NCBI GenBank assembly: GCA_963551125.1
Contig: CAUVFG010000001.1
Span: 1 to 45,554 of the forward strand
Reading direction: 5' to 3'
DNA: 45,554 bases
From: an uncultured Selenomonas sp.
GTDB lineage: Bacteria > Bacillota > Negativicutes > Selenomonadales > Selenomonadaceae
The notes under the pieces were generated by a model. That model saw nothing but the letters and a program-made list of their open reading frames with translations. It did no database searches and was not told the origin of the DNA. The position numbers and the translations under genes are program-made. The first letter of the stretch is position 1, and each line of letters opens with the position of its first letter. Below, piece by piece: positions 1 to 13,478 of the stretch.

Positions 1-1
1 C

Positions 2-1639
2 TCGACCTCGCTCTCTTTCCTGAATCAACTGGTTCAGCTCCTCATGCCGCGCGATGCGTCAGGAACAGCCACAGCCCCGCCGCCGACGAATGTGAATATG
101 CAGGGCATAGGCTCTTCCAATGCAACTGTGCCACCGACTGATGGGCAGGAGGCACGGATTGCTTCGTCTGCGCAAAATATGAACGTTCCACTCTTAGAGG
201 ACGTACTGCCTGAGCAGCAGATGGCGCACACACAGATGGGGACGGAAACGGAAGCATTGGCAAAGAACAATACGTCTGCTGCTGCCCGACAGGCGACGAA
301 TATGCCGGAGGAGAACGTCGGAAAGGTTGCGGGTGAATCCCCTGCACCGTCGAATCCGTCTCCTGCGCAGAATGCACAGACCACCTCTAATGAGACAGGC
401 AGCGCACAGAAAGCAATGGTGAACGAGCTTCCTGGAAATGCACAGAAAAATACGATGACCGAGCCGACCCAAACGGGGATGTTCGCTGACCGTGGGCAAA
501 ACTCTGCTCCTTCGGCGGGGAATATCAATACGAATGCGCAGGTCGGCAAAGAGCCTACAAATCCTATGGCGCAGCAGGGAGATCCTGGCGCCGCAGCAGA
601 AAACAAAACTGCCTCGGAAGTGGGGGCGCGAACGTCTTCAAACGTCGAGGTGCAGCCGCAGTCCGCGAAATCTGCTGCGCAGGGAGAAGCTGCTGCACAG
701 CCCACACGTTCACAGACAGGCGCTGAGGCGCAGCCGCAACCCGCAAGATCCGCTCCACAGGGAGAGGCAACGGCGCAGACCGCACGCCCGAAGACGGGAG
801 CCGAGGCAGAACTTGTCAATGCAGCAAAATCTCCGCCACAATCCGCCGCCCAGATGAAGTCCCCGGAGATGCAAAACGTGATTCCGCGCTTCTTCACACA
901 GACGATGGAGAACACGCCGCAGACGATGAACGTCCTGCGGAATCTCGCACAGTCGCTTCTCCAAAATGAGAATCTGAACCCGAAAGAGACACTGCTGCTG
1001 CAAAACTTTGTCAGCGGACGCGGTCAAACGCTCAGCGAGGGGGATGCAAAGCAGCTCCAACAGCTCATCCAATTAACCCGGCAGAATATCCCGGGAACCG
1101 TGCGTCAGGCAGCACTTGAACAGCAGATGCCCGACCTCCCACGCCTTTGGGCATTCATGCAGATGGCGGACATTGTAAAGACGCGCAGGATGACGGCAGA
1201 GCAGTACAAGCGTGCGGGTAGGGATGTCGCGGCACTTGCCCTCACCATGCGCAACGCACTTGAGGGCGAGAATGCCGCCCCACAGCCGGGGCAGCGCTCG
1301 ATGAATTTCGTCATGCCGCTCTTCATGGGGGCATCCGAATATCCCGCCTACATCCATGTTTACGATGAGACAAAAAAGGATGAGGAAACGGATCTCGTCA
1401 AGAAGGAGACATGGCTGCGTATCTGCGTGCTCACAGACAATATCGGCACGGTGGAGCTCATCAATCGCATCTACGAGGAAAATCACGTGGATATGCGGCT
1501 CTACTTCACCGATGCTGACGCCGCATGGGAGTTCCGCAACGCGCTCGACAGCATACGGGAGACGGCGGACGGTACATCCCTCGTCATCGAGGGCATCCAG
1601 ATCGGCGCCATCGGTGAGCGGCGTTTCTTTACAAACTGA
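2..1639 (+). CDS. FliK/YlqG-like protein (long Q/A/P/T-rich low-complexity region plus globular C-terminal domain); probably 5'-truncated by the window edge
   Basis: The frame is open from base 2 (STSLSFLNQLVQLLM...), so the ATG at 44 need not be the start. The C-terminal LRICVLTDNIGTVEL...VDMRLYF pattern resembles FliK-C. It lies directly upstream of an FlhB-C-like gene, as in the Bacillus ylqG-ylqH arrangement. Confidence 0.6.
   Translation, partial: STSLSFLNQLVQLLMPRDASGTATAPPPTNVNMQGIGSSNATVPPTDGQEARIASSAQNMNVPLLEDVLPEQQMAHTQMGTETEALAKNNTSAAARQATNMPEENVGKVAGESPAPSNPSPAQNAQTTSNETGSAQKAMVNELPGNAQKNTMTEPTQTGMFADRGQNSAPSAGNINTNAQVGKEPTNPMAQQGDPGAAAENKTASEVGARTSSNVEVQPQSAKSAAQGEAAAQPTRSQTGAEAQPQPARSAPQGEATAQTARPKTGAEAELVNAAKSPPQSAAQMKSPEMQNVIPRFFTQTMENTPQTMNVLRNLAQSLLQNENLNPKETLLLQNFVSGRGQTLSEGDAKQLQQLIQLTRQNIPGTVRQAALEQQMPDLPRLWAFMQMADIVKTRRMTAEQYKRAGRDVAALALTMRNALEGENAAPQPGQRSMNFVMPLFMGASEYPAYIHVYDETKKDEETDLVKKETWLRICVLTDNIGTVELINRIYEENHVDMRLYFTDADAAWEFRNALDSIRETADGTSLVIEGIQIGAIGERRFFTN
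647..802 (+). repeat. Two degenerate tandem 78-bp (26-aa) in-frame repeats
   Basis: EVQPQSAKSAAQGEAAAQPTRSQTGA (647-724) and EAQPQPARSAPQGEATAQTARPKTGA (725-802), followed by a partial third copy. Confidence 0.8.
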
Positions 1640-1663
1640 CGGAGACAAGTACGTGCTTCCCGC

Positions 1664-1693
1664 TTGACGGAGAACGCTGCTCCTCGGTATAAT
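1664..1693 (+). promoter_or_regulatory. sigma70/sigmaA-type promoter for the FlhB-C-like gene and yraN
   Basis: TTGACG (1664-1669), 18-nt spacer, TATAAT (1688-1693). Confidence 0.6.
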
Positions 1694-1731
1694 ATGAGCG
1701 AATAAATAGCAGTCACAAGGATGGGTGAGAG

Positions 1732-2058
1732 ATGGCAGAACATTGGGATCAGGACACTTCGCCTGTCGATGATATGCCGGCGTCAGAGGAACAGCGCGCG
1801 GTTGCGATCAAATACGATGTGAAAAACGACCGTGCCCCGCGCGTGACGGCAAAGGGGCGCTCGCTCGTCGCCGACCGCATTCTCGCGGAGGCAAAGAAGA
1901 ACGGAATCCCTGTCTACCAGAACAAATCCCTCGTCAATATGCTGATGGCGCTTGAGATTGACCGCGAGATTCCGCCGGAACTCTATCGCACGATTGCAGA
2001 GATTCTCGCACATGTCTATCGCATTGACCGCCATGCGGGTGAACGGAGACTGTCATGA
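1732..2058 (+). CDS. EscU/YscU/FlhB C-terminal-like export-switch protein (YlqH/FlhX-like)
   Basis: AVAIKYD...APRVTAKG...A..I...A....IPV...L...L....EIPPELY..IAEILA is the FlhB-CC signature. There is no transmembrane domain and no NPTH cleavage motif. Confidence 0.85.
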   Translation: MAEHWDQDTSPVDDMPASEEQRAVAIKYDVKNDRAPRVTAKGRSLVADRILAEAKKNGIPVYQNKSLVNMLMALEIDREIPPELYRTIAEILAHVYRIDRHAGERRLS

Positions 2059-2411
2059 GCAGTAAGGCTCTCGGCGATCAGGGCGAATCTTGTGCTGCAG
2101 AGTATCTGCGCCGACAGGGCTGCCGCATCCTCACACGCAATTATCGGTGTAAGATCGGCGAGATTGACCTCATTGCGGACGATCATGGGACGCTCGTCTT
2201 TGTCGAGGTGAAAACGCGCAGCAGCGTACGTTATGGAACACCTGCGGAGGCAGTTCATTACAGAAAACGTCAGAAGATCATACAGAGTGCGTATTGGTAT
2301 CTGCGTGAGCATTGTATGGAGCACGCACACTGTCGCTTTGATGTGCTCGAGGTCTATGCAGCCGGAAGCGCATGGACGGTACACGCAATTAAGAACGCAT
2401 TTGAAGCATAG
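2055..2411 (+). CDS. yraN: YraN family (UPF0102) putative endonuclease
   Basis: LGDQGE..AA.YL, RNYRCKIGEIDLIA, LVFVEVKTR, RFDV motifs; ATGA overlap with the upstream stop. Confidence 0.9.
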   Translation: MSSKALGDQGESCAAEYLRRQGCRILTRNYRCKIGEIDLIADDHGTLVFVEVKTRSSVRYGTPAEAVHYRKRQKIIQSAYWYLREHCMEHAHCRFDVLEVYAAGSAWTVHAIKNAFEA

Positions 2412-2417
2412 CTTTTG

Positions 2418-2460
2418 GATGGCGGACATTCCTACGGAGTGTCCCATCTTTTTTATTTTT
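2418..2460 (+). terminator. Intrinsic terminator after yraN
   Basis: GATGG-C-GGACATTCC/TAC/GGAGTGTCC-CATC stem followed by TTTTTTATTTTT. Confidence 0.75.
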
Positions 2461-2467
2461 GCAAAAA

Positions 2468-2496
2468 TTGAATCACATCCGCGAGTATGCTATAAT
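2468..2496 (+). promoter_or_regulatory. Promoter of the pyrophosphatase gene
   Basis: TTGAAT, 17-nt spacer, TG-N-TATAAT extended -10. Confidence 0.7.
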
Positions 2497-2545
2497 GGGA
2501 ATCATAGTATGCGGCATGTGGAAGCCGCGATAGGGAGGTATCATC

Positions 2546-4192
2546 TTGAATGTTGCAAAGCCGATCTATGTCATCGGGCACCGCAATCCGGATACAGATT
2601 CCATTTGCTCTGCGGTCGGATACGCACATCTGAAACAGGCGATGGGCGTCAATGCCGTTGCGGCACGTGCCGGTAAGGTGAATAAGGAGACGAAGTTCGC
2701 ACTTGAGTATTTCCATGTCGAGCAGCCGCTCCTCATTCCCGATCTCTATCCGCGCGTCAAGGACATTGCGATGGACTGCAAGATTGTCGTCCGTCAACAC
2801 GACACCCTGCGCAATCTCGGCGAGGTGCTGCGCGAGAACGATCTGCGCTCGATCCCCGTGACCGACAGCAAGGGCATCCTCGTCGGCATCGTTTCGGTCA
2901 GTGATCTTGCAAAGCGCTATTTCCAAGAGCTCGGCATGACGAATCTCTCGGATATGCGTGTGCGCTATCGCGACATCATCCGCGCGACGGACAGCAACGT
3001 GCTCGTTGCCGGGGAAGAGGGCGAGACGATCAAGGGACAGATCCGCATTGCCGCCGGCAGCGTGGAGACCATCTACAAACTCATCAAGGAAAACGACATT
3101 GTGCTTGTCGGCGACCGTCGGACAGAGACGATTCTCGCCTGCATTCAGCAGGGCATCGCCTGCCTGATTGTGACAGGCGACGGACGCGTGCCCGCAGAGG
3201 CACTCGAAGAGGCGGAGGCACGCGGGATCTTTGTGCTCTCAACCCCGTATGACACCTATACGGTGGCACGTCTCATCAATCAGTGTGTGCCGGTTCGGCG
3301 CATCATGCACGACAACCCCGTCTGCTTTAAGCCTCTTGACCTTCTCTCGGACATCAAGGGAACGATGGAGGAGACGAATTTCCGCAACTATCCCGTCCTC
3401 GAGAACGGGCGCATCGTAGGTCTTGTGAGCCGTGACCGCCTCGTCGTATCGGAGCCGGCGCAGGTCATCCTCGTGGATCACAACGAGCGCAATCAGGCGG
3501 TCGAGGGCATCGAAGAAGCGAAGATCATCGAGATCATCGATCATCATCGATTCGGTGGCATCAGCACGAGTGAGCCGATCTACACGCACGCAGAGCCGGT
3601 CGGCTGCACGGCGACGATCATCTCCAACATGCACTGGCAGAACGACATCGACATCCCGCCGTCGATTGCGGGACTCCTGCTCTCCGCTATTATTTCGGAT
3701 ACCGTACTGTTCAAGTCTCCGACCTGCACCCCGAAGGACAAGAAGGCGGCAGAGCGGCTCGCGGACATTGCAAATGTTGATCTCAATGCTTATGGTCTTG
3801 AGATGCTCAAGGCGGGCTCCAGCATCGGCAATATGTCGCCGATGGAGATTGTCCGCAACGATCTCAAGGAGTTCACCATCGGTGCATATCGTGTGATCGT
3901 GAGCCAGACCTCCGTCATGGATACGAAGGAAATCATGGCGAAGGAGGACGAACTCCTCGCTGCGATGAAGAGCATCTGCGACTCCGAAGGGTTTGACCTG
4001 AGCCTCGTCATGATTACAGACATCCTCGAGGAGGCGACCTATCTGCTCTTCACGGGCTCGCCACGCACGCTGATCGGCGAGGCATTCCGCAAGGATACGA
4101 GTGGAACGCATCTCTATCTGCCCGGGGTCATGTCGCGCAAGAAGCAGATCATCCCGCCGCTCTCAGAGGCGGTCAAGCGAATCAAGACATAA
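2546..4192 (+). CDS. ppaC: Mn-dependent family II inorganic pyrophosphatase with CBS and DRTGG insert (CBS-PPase)
   Basis: GHRNPDTDS, LVDHNE, IIDHHR (DHH) and GVMSRKKQIIP motifs, with an internal CBS/DRTGG region. TTG start with GGAGG 7 nt upstream. Confidence 0.92.
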   Translation: MNVAKPIYVIGHRNPDTDSICSAVGYAHLKQAMGVNAVAARAGKVNKETKFALEYFHVEQPLLIPDLYPRVKDIAMDCKIVVRQHDTLRNLGEVLRENDLRSIPVTDSKGILVGIVSVSDLAKRYFQELGMTNLSDMRVRYRDIIRATDSNVLVAGEEGETIKGQIRIAAGSVETIYKLIKENDIVLVGDRRTETILACIQQGIACLIVTGDGRVPAEALEEAEARGIFVLSTPYDTYTVARLINQCVPVRRIMHDNPVCFKPLDLLSDIKGTMEETNFRNYPVLENGRIVGLVSRDRLVVSEPAQVILVDHNERNQAVEGIEEAKIIEIIDHHRFGGISTSEPIYTHAEPVGCTATIISNMHWQNDIDIPPSIAGLLLSAIISDTVLFKSPTCTPKDKKAAERLADIANVDLNAYGLEMLKAGSSIGNMSPMEIVRNDLKEFTIGAYRVIVSQTSVMDTKEIMAKEDELLAAMKSICDSEGFDLSLVMITDILEEATYLLFTGSPRTLIGEAFRKDTSGTHLYLPGVMSRKKQIIPPLSEAVKRIKT

Positions 4193-4214
4193 CATTATAT
4201 CCTATGACGGCAGG

Positions 4215-4254
4215 GGCGGAGTTGGCCAGATGTGGCGGCCCCGCCTTTCTTATT
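4215..4254 (+). terminator. Possible intrinsic terminator between ppaC and pcrA
   Basis: Imperfect GGCGG...CCGCC stem followed by TTTCTTATT. Confidence 0.45.
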
Positions 4255-4286
4255 GCAGGAAAATTATTGCAGGAAAAGGAGTTTTC

Positions 4287-8559
<4,273 letters not shown>

Positions 8560-8570
8560 AAGGATACCAC

Positions 8571-9236
8571 ATGAAACTCAGCAGATATATTGATTCCTCA
8601 CCGCTGAATCCTGCGATGACCTCCGACGAGGTACGTGCGGCAATCATGGAAGCAGTAGGGCAGGAATGCTGCTCGGTCTGCGTGCAGCCGGCGGATATTC
8701 CTCTCGCTGTCCGTCTTTGTCGAAATACCGATACGCGCGTCTGCACCGTACTCGACTTTCCGCATGGGAAAGCGCCCGCCGCGGTCAAGGAAATAGAGGC
8801 ACGCTACTATATGGAGTACGGTGCCGAAGAATTGGACATGGTGATGAACTATGGGCTTGCCCGCTCCGGACAGTGGGAAGAGGTCGAGGCGGAAATACGC
8901 GCCGTTGTCAGTGCAGCGCATGCGAGGAATGTGATCGTGAAGGTGATCTTCGAGGCGAGCCAGCTCTCGCCGGAGGAGATCGCGCGTGCAACAGAGGTCA
9001 GCATCACGGTGGGGGCGGATTTCGTCAAGACTGCAACGGGATTCTTCGGCACGGGTGCAACGGAAGAGCAGCTGCGCATCATGCTGGATACGGCACGCGG
9101 ACGCTGTAAAGTCAAGGCTTCGGGCGGTATTCGGGACTATGCGACGGCGAAGAAGTTTTTGGACATGGGCGTCGAGCGTCTCGGCATCGGCAGTTCGTCC
9201 GTCGCAAAAATTCTTGCCGAAGAAGCAGCTTCATAA
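8571..9236 (+). CDS. deoC: Deoxyribose-phosphate aldolase
   Basis: CTVLDFPHG, GAEELDMVMN, VKVIFE, ADFVKTATGF, VKASGGIR, RLGIGS motifs. ATG 8571 follows AAGGA; alternative start 8556. Confidence 0.88.
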   Translation: MKLSRYIDSSPLNPAMTSDEVRAAIMEAVGQECCSVCVQPADIPLAVRLCRNTDTRVCTVLDFPHGKAPAAVKEIEARYYMEYGAEELDMVMNYGLARSGQWEEVEAEIRAVVSAAHARNVIVKVIFEASQLSPEEIARATEVSITVGADFVKTATGFFGTGATEEQLRIMLDTARGRCKVKASGGIRDYATAKKFLDMGVERLGIGSSSVAKILAEEAAS

Positions 9237-9255
9237 TATGAGATGAGGGAATGCG

Positions 9256-10401
9256 ATGCGGTTCATTCATACGGCAGACTGGCATTTGGGAAAACTCTTC
9301 GGACAGCGGCACATGACAGAGGATCAGGCATATGTGCTGGAGGAGCTCCTCGCATTGTGCAAGGATGTACGCCCCAATGCGCTCGTCATCGCGGGGGATG
9401 TCTATGACCGTGCCATCCCGCCGCCGGAGGCAGTAGAGCTTTTCAACCACATATTGACACGGCTGGCAGAGCAGGGAATTGCCGTGCTCTTCATTTCCGG
9501 AAATCATGACAGTGCTGTGCGCCTCGGCTTTGGCGCACAGCTTCTTCGTGCGTCCGGCATCTATCCTGCGGGCGTTGTGCGCGCCAATGAGCCGCCCGTC
9601 GTACTCTCGGATGACTTCGGCCCCGTGTACTTCTCGCTCATTCCCTATGGAGATCCGCCCCATGTGCGCGCGGCATTCTCCGTGGAGGAGGCACTTTCGT
9701 TCGACACGGCGCTCGCAGTGCAGATCGCGGCGGCACGCGCGCAGATTCCACCCTCGGCACGCAGTGTGGCGGTGGCGCACGCCTTTGTCATTGGCGGGCA
9801 GGTTTCGGAGTCTGAGCACGCGCTCTCCGTCGGTGGCAGCGATCAGGTGAGCGCAGAGAACTTCTCCGCATATTCCTATACAGCGCTCGGACATCTGCAT
9901 GCACCACAGCGCGCAGGAGCGGAGAATGTACGATACGCGGGCTCTCTCTTAAAATACTCCTTTGATGAAGCCCGCCAAAAAAAGGGGGTTGAGCTCGTAG
10001 AACTGGATGCAGAGGGAATGGCATCCCACACATTCTATCCGCTGACGCCACGTCATGATGTCCGCATCGTGCGCGGCGTGATGGACGAGATTATGACGGA
10101 TGAATTCGATCCGCTCTCACACGATGACTATATCTGTGTGGAACTGCTCGATACCGATGCCGTGCTCGCCGCACATGAAAAACTGCGCAGAATCTATCCG
10201 AATCTCTTCACCATCACGCGCCCGAATATCAACGTCAACCGCCTTTCCTCCACAGAACGCACCTATGAACGCACGAAATCCGACCTGCATCTCTTTTCCG
10301 ATTTTTTTGCAGAGGTGACAGCCACAGATATGACAGAAGCAGAACGGGACGAACTCATTCGTATCATTGATTCGATGGAGCAGGAGGCGCGTGCAGAATG
10401 A
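9256..10401 (+). CDS. sbcD: SbcCD nuclease subunit D (Mre11-like)
   Basis: HTADWHLG, IAGDVYD, ISGNHDS, ALGHLH, RYAGSLLKYSFDE. Confidence 0.93.
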   Translation: MRFIHTADWHLGKLFGQRHMTEDQAYVLEELLALCKDVRPNALVIAGDVYDRAIPPPEAVELFNHILTRLAEQGIAVLFISGNHDSAVRLGFGAQLLRASGIYPAGVVRANEPPVVLSDDFGPVYFSLIPYGDPPHVRAAFSVEEALSFDTALAVQIAAARAQIPPSARSVAVAHAFVIGGQVSESEHALSVGGSDQVSAENFSAYSYTALGHLHAPQRAGAENVRYAGSLLKYSFDEARQKKGVELVELDAEGMASHTFYPLTPRHDVRIVRGVMDEIMTDEFDPLSHDDYICVELLDTDAVLAAHEKLRRIYPNLFTITRPNINVNRLSSTERTYERTKSDLHLFSDFFAEVTATDMTEAERDELIRIIDSMEQEARAE

Positions 10402-13400
10402 GACCTCTGAAACTTCGCTTACAGGCATTCGGCTCCTATGTTGAGGAGCAGGTACTGGACTTCGAAACGGCACTGGCAAATGCACCGTTCGTCCTTATTC
10501 ACGGTGCAACGGGAACGGGAAAAACAACAATATTGGATGCGATTGTATTCGCATTGTACGGCGAATCCAGCGGCAATGTGCGTGAGGGGTCAACATTTCG
10601 CTCCTCCGACGCACCAGCGGATCGCATCACAGAGGTGGAGTATGTCTTTGCGCTCGGACGCCGTCGCTATCGCGTCCTGCGCTCACCGACATATGAGCGC
10701 ATGTCACGCGGGAAGATGACGCGCCGTCCGCCGACAGGTCAGCTCTACCGCCTCTCTGACGAGGGGGAGGATGGCGATGAAGTTCTGCTTGATTCCAATG
10801 TAACCGAGGTATCGAAACGAATTGGCCGGCTCATCGGCTTTGATGCGGATCAATTTCGTCAGGTCGTTCTGCTGCCGCAGGGACAGTTTCAGCGTTTTCT
10901 GCTTGCCGAGGTCAAGGATCGCAGTGCCATCATGCAGCGCATCTTTCGCACGGAGCGTTATCAACGCATCGAGGATGCTCTGCTGCAGGAGTCTCTGCAG
11001 CTTGAGCGCGCGGCAGATGAGGAGCGTGCGCGCATCGATCAGATGCTGCACGGGGAGAATCTCGGCAGCCTCGAAGAGCTGCGTACGCGCGTCACCGAAC
11101 TGAGTGCGGTGATTGACAGCCATGCCGCAGAGATCAAGGTACTGGAGGAGAAGCAGCGCGCGGCGCGCCGCGCACGTGAGTTGGGGACGGCGGCACAGCA
11201 AAAACTACAGGAGCTTGCCGAGGCACAGAAACGCTTTGGGGAAAAGCAGGCACAGGAAAAATCGGTCGCAGATTTTCGCATACTTCTGGAACGCGCGCAG
11301 CGTGCGCAGCCCGTCATCTACAAGGAGCATGCAGCAGTGCAGGCAGCGGAGCAGGAGAAGACGAGAGCGGGGGAGCTGAAGGAAGCCGCCCTGCGTCTGA
11401 CTGCGGCACAGATGGCGCTCCATACGGCAAAGGAGGCGCTGAAGGCAGCCGAGGAAGCCGAGCCGGAGCGCACGAAAAAAACGGAGCGCATTCAGTTGCT
11501 CTCGAACTATGCGGAGCGTGCCCAAAAACTTCGGGACTGCCGCGCATCGGCAGAGCAGCTGCGCGCGTATGCAAAACATCTCGAAGAGGAAAAAAAGGCA
11601 GCTGCAGATGCCATTGAGAAGCTGACAGCTGAGTGCAAGGAGAATGAGGAGCGCATTGCCGCACTTGAAAAGCTATTGGCAGGAAAGGAGGCGTTCCGAC
11701 ATGAGCAGGATCGCCTGAAACGCTGCCAGAGTGCCGCAGCCCGTATCACTGTGCTGACCGCGCAGGAATCGGAGCTGCGCACGCAGCAGGAAGAGGCGCA
11801 GCAGACTGTGAAGGACACGTCGGAGCATCTGGCGGAAGCCAAGACAAAGCTGCGGCAGATGCAGACGCTCTACAATCTCGGCAGCGCGGCGCGCCTTGCC
11901 GAGACGCTTGCAGACGGTACACCGTGTCCCGTCTGCGGCGCACTGTCTCATCCCAGCCCTGCGATGCACGCAGAGGACATCCCCTCCGAGCAGGAGGTGG
12001 AGTCCTGTGCAAAGGCGGTGGATGCTGCCGAACAGAATGCAGAGAAAGCAGCACGAAAGCTGGAAGAGGCAAAAGAGAAGTACGCGCGCATAAATCAGAG
12101 CCGCACACAGGACCAGGGACTTCTGGATGAACTTCTGGGTTCTGATACAATCGAAGGAATGGTGCAGCGGACAGGGCAGCACGACGCGCAGTTAAGACAA
12201 GCCAAAAAGGAACATACGGAGCGAGCGGCGCAGCGCGGCGCGCAGCAGCTACGGCTTGAAGCACTGCACGCGGAGCAGGAGAAGCAGAATGCCGATGCAC
12301 AGAAGCAGCGCGACCTTCTGCGTACGCGCGAGGGAGAGCAGTCGGCGCTTGAGGCAGAGCTTCCTGAGGAATATCGTGACTACGCGAAGATCGCCCCCGA
12401 AATTCGGCGGCTGACAGAGGAGGTCGCACAGCGAAAACGCGCATACGATGCGGCGCGGGAAAAGGAGAAGGAGACCGCTGCTGCCCGTGCAGGTGCAAAG
12501 AGCGCACATGCTGCCGCACAGCGCGCCCACACAGAGTCGGTGCATACAGCACAGACGGCGAAGAGCGAATATGACGCTGCGCTCGCACAGGCGGGATTCT
12601 CCTCCGAGGAGGAATATCATGCGGCAATCGCGGACAACTGGGCGGACAGCAAGCATTTGGAGAAGGTACAGAAGAGGATCAACGCCTATGAGACCGACTA
12701 CAAGACCGCAGCAGAGCTGCTGAACACGGCAAAAAAAGCCACAGAGGGGTTGACGCCTCCCGATATGGCTGCGCTCACGGCGGCAGAGGCAGCCGCCGAT
12801 CAGGCGGTGCGCGATCAGGCGCGGGAGCAGGGCATCCGCACGGAGCGGCGGGACGCACTCACGCGCATGATGAACGAGATCGATGTGCTCGAGAAGGCGG
12901 GGGCGGCGCGTGCAGAGCGATACCGCGTCATTGGCAGACTTGCGAATGTGGCGGCGGCAAAGGCGCCCTATCAGGTGCATTTCCAGACCTACGTTCTGCG
13001 CTCGATCCTGAGCGATGTCATCGAGGCGGCGAATGCGCGTCTCATCGTAATGAGCCGTGGTCGCTATCGCCTCATCCACGGCGAGGGCGGACACAAGAAC
13101 AAATGGTGGGGACTCGAAATCGACGTATTCGATGAGTACACGGGTCTGCCGCGCGTCTCACGCACGTTGTCCGGCGGGGAGACCTTTCTCGCGTCACTCG
13201 CTCTGGCGCTTGGTCTTTCGGATGTTATCCAGCACTATGCGGGCGGGATGCACCTCGACATGATCTTCATTGACGAGGGCTTCGGCTCGCTTGACAGCGA
13301 GACGCTCGACGTTGCCATCCGTGCCCTGCTCGAGGTGCAGCAGGAGGGAGGGCGGCTTGTTGGGATCATCTCGCACGTCGAGGAACTGCGCGCGCGGATT

Positions 13401-13478
13401 CCCGTTCATCTCGAGGTCACACGCACGGCGAACGGCAGCATGGCACGCTTTACACAGGGCGGAGCGGAGGCAGTATGA
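10398..13478 (+). CDS. sbcC: SbcCD ATPase subunit C (Rad50/SMC-like)
   Basis: Walker A GATGTGKT, LPQGQF Q-loop, long coiled coils, CPVCG zinc hook, LSGGE signature, FIDEGFGSLD, GIISH. Confidence 0.93.
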   Translation: MRPLKLRLQAFGSYVEEQVLDFETALANAPFVLIHGATGTGKTTILDAIVFALYGESSGNVREGSTFRSSDAPADRITEVEYVFALGRRRYRVLRSPTYERMSRGKMTRRPPTGQLYRLSDEGEDGDEVLLDSNVTEVSKRIGRLIGFDADQFRQVVLLPQGQFQRFLLAEVKDRSAIMQRIFRTERYQRIEDALLQESLQLERAADEERARIDQMLHGENLGSLEELRTRVTELSAVIDSHAAEIKVLEEKQRAARRARELGTAAQQKLQELAEAQKRFGEKQAQEKSVADFRILLERAQRAQPVIYKEHAAVQAAEQEKTRAGELKEAALRLTAAQMALHTAKEALKAAEEAEPERTKKTERIQLLSNYAERAQKLRDCRASAEQLRAYAKHLEEEKKAAADAIEKLTAECKENEERIAALEKLLAGKEAFRHEQDRLKRCQSAAARITVLTAQESELRTQQEEAQQTVKDTSEHLAEAKTKLRQMQTLYNLGSAARLAETLADGTPCPVCGALSHPSPAMHAEDIPSEQEVESCAKAVDAAEQNAEKAARKLEEAKEKYARINQSRTQDQGLLDELLGSDTIEGMVQRTGQHDAQLRQAKKEHTERAAQRGAQQLRLEALHAEQEKQNADAQKQRDLLRTREGEQSALEAELPEEYRDYAKIAPEIRRLTEEVAQRKRAYDAAREKEKETAAARAGAKSAHAAAQRAHTESVHTAQTAKSEYDAALAQAGFSSEEEYHAAIADNWADSKHLEKVQKRINAYETDYKTAAELLNTAKKATEGLTPPDMAALTAAEAAADQAVRDQAREQGIRTERRDALTRMMNEIDVLEKAGAARAERYRVIGRLANVAAAKAPYQVHFQTYVLRSILSDVIEAANARLIVMSRGRYRLIHGEGGHKNKWWGLEIDVFDEYTGLPRVSRTLSGGETFLASLALALGLSDVIQHYAGGMHLDMIFIDEGFGSLDSETLDVAIRALLEVQQEGGRLVGIISHVEELRARIPVHLEVTRTANGSMARFTQGGAEAV

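Noticed and set aside
4101..4286. N-terminal extensions in the ORF track for pcrA (also GntR from 31304, ATPase from 21744, prs from 33812, cysE from 40707)
   Set aside because: They overlap upstream genes or leaders; downstream starts have clear RBSs and match the family N-termini.
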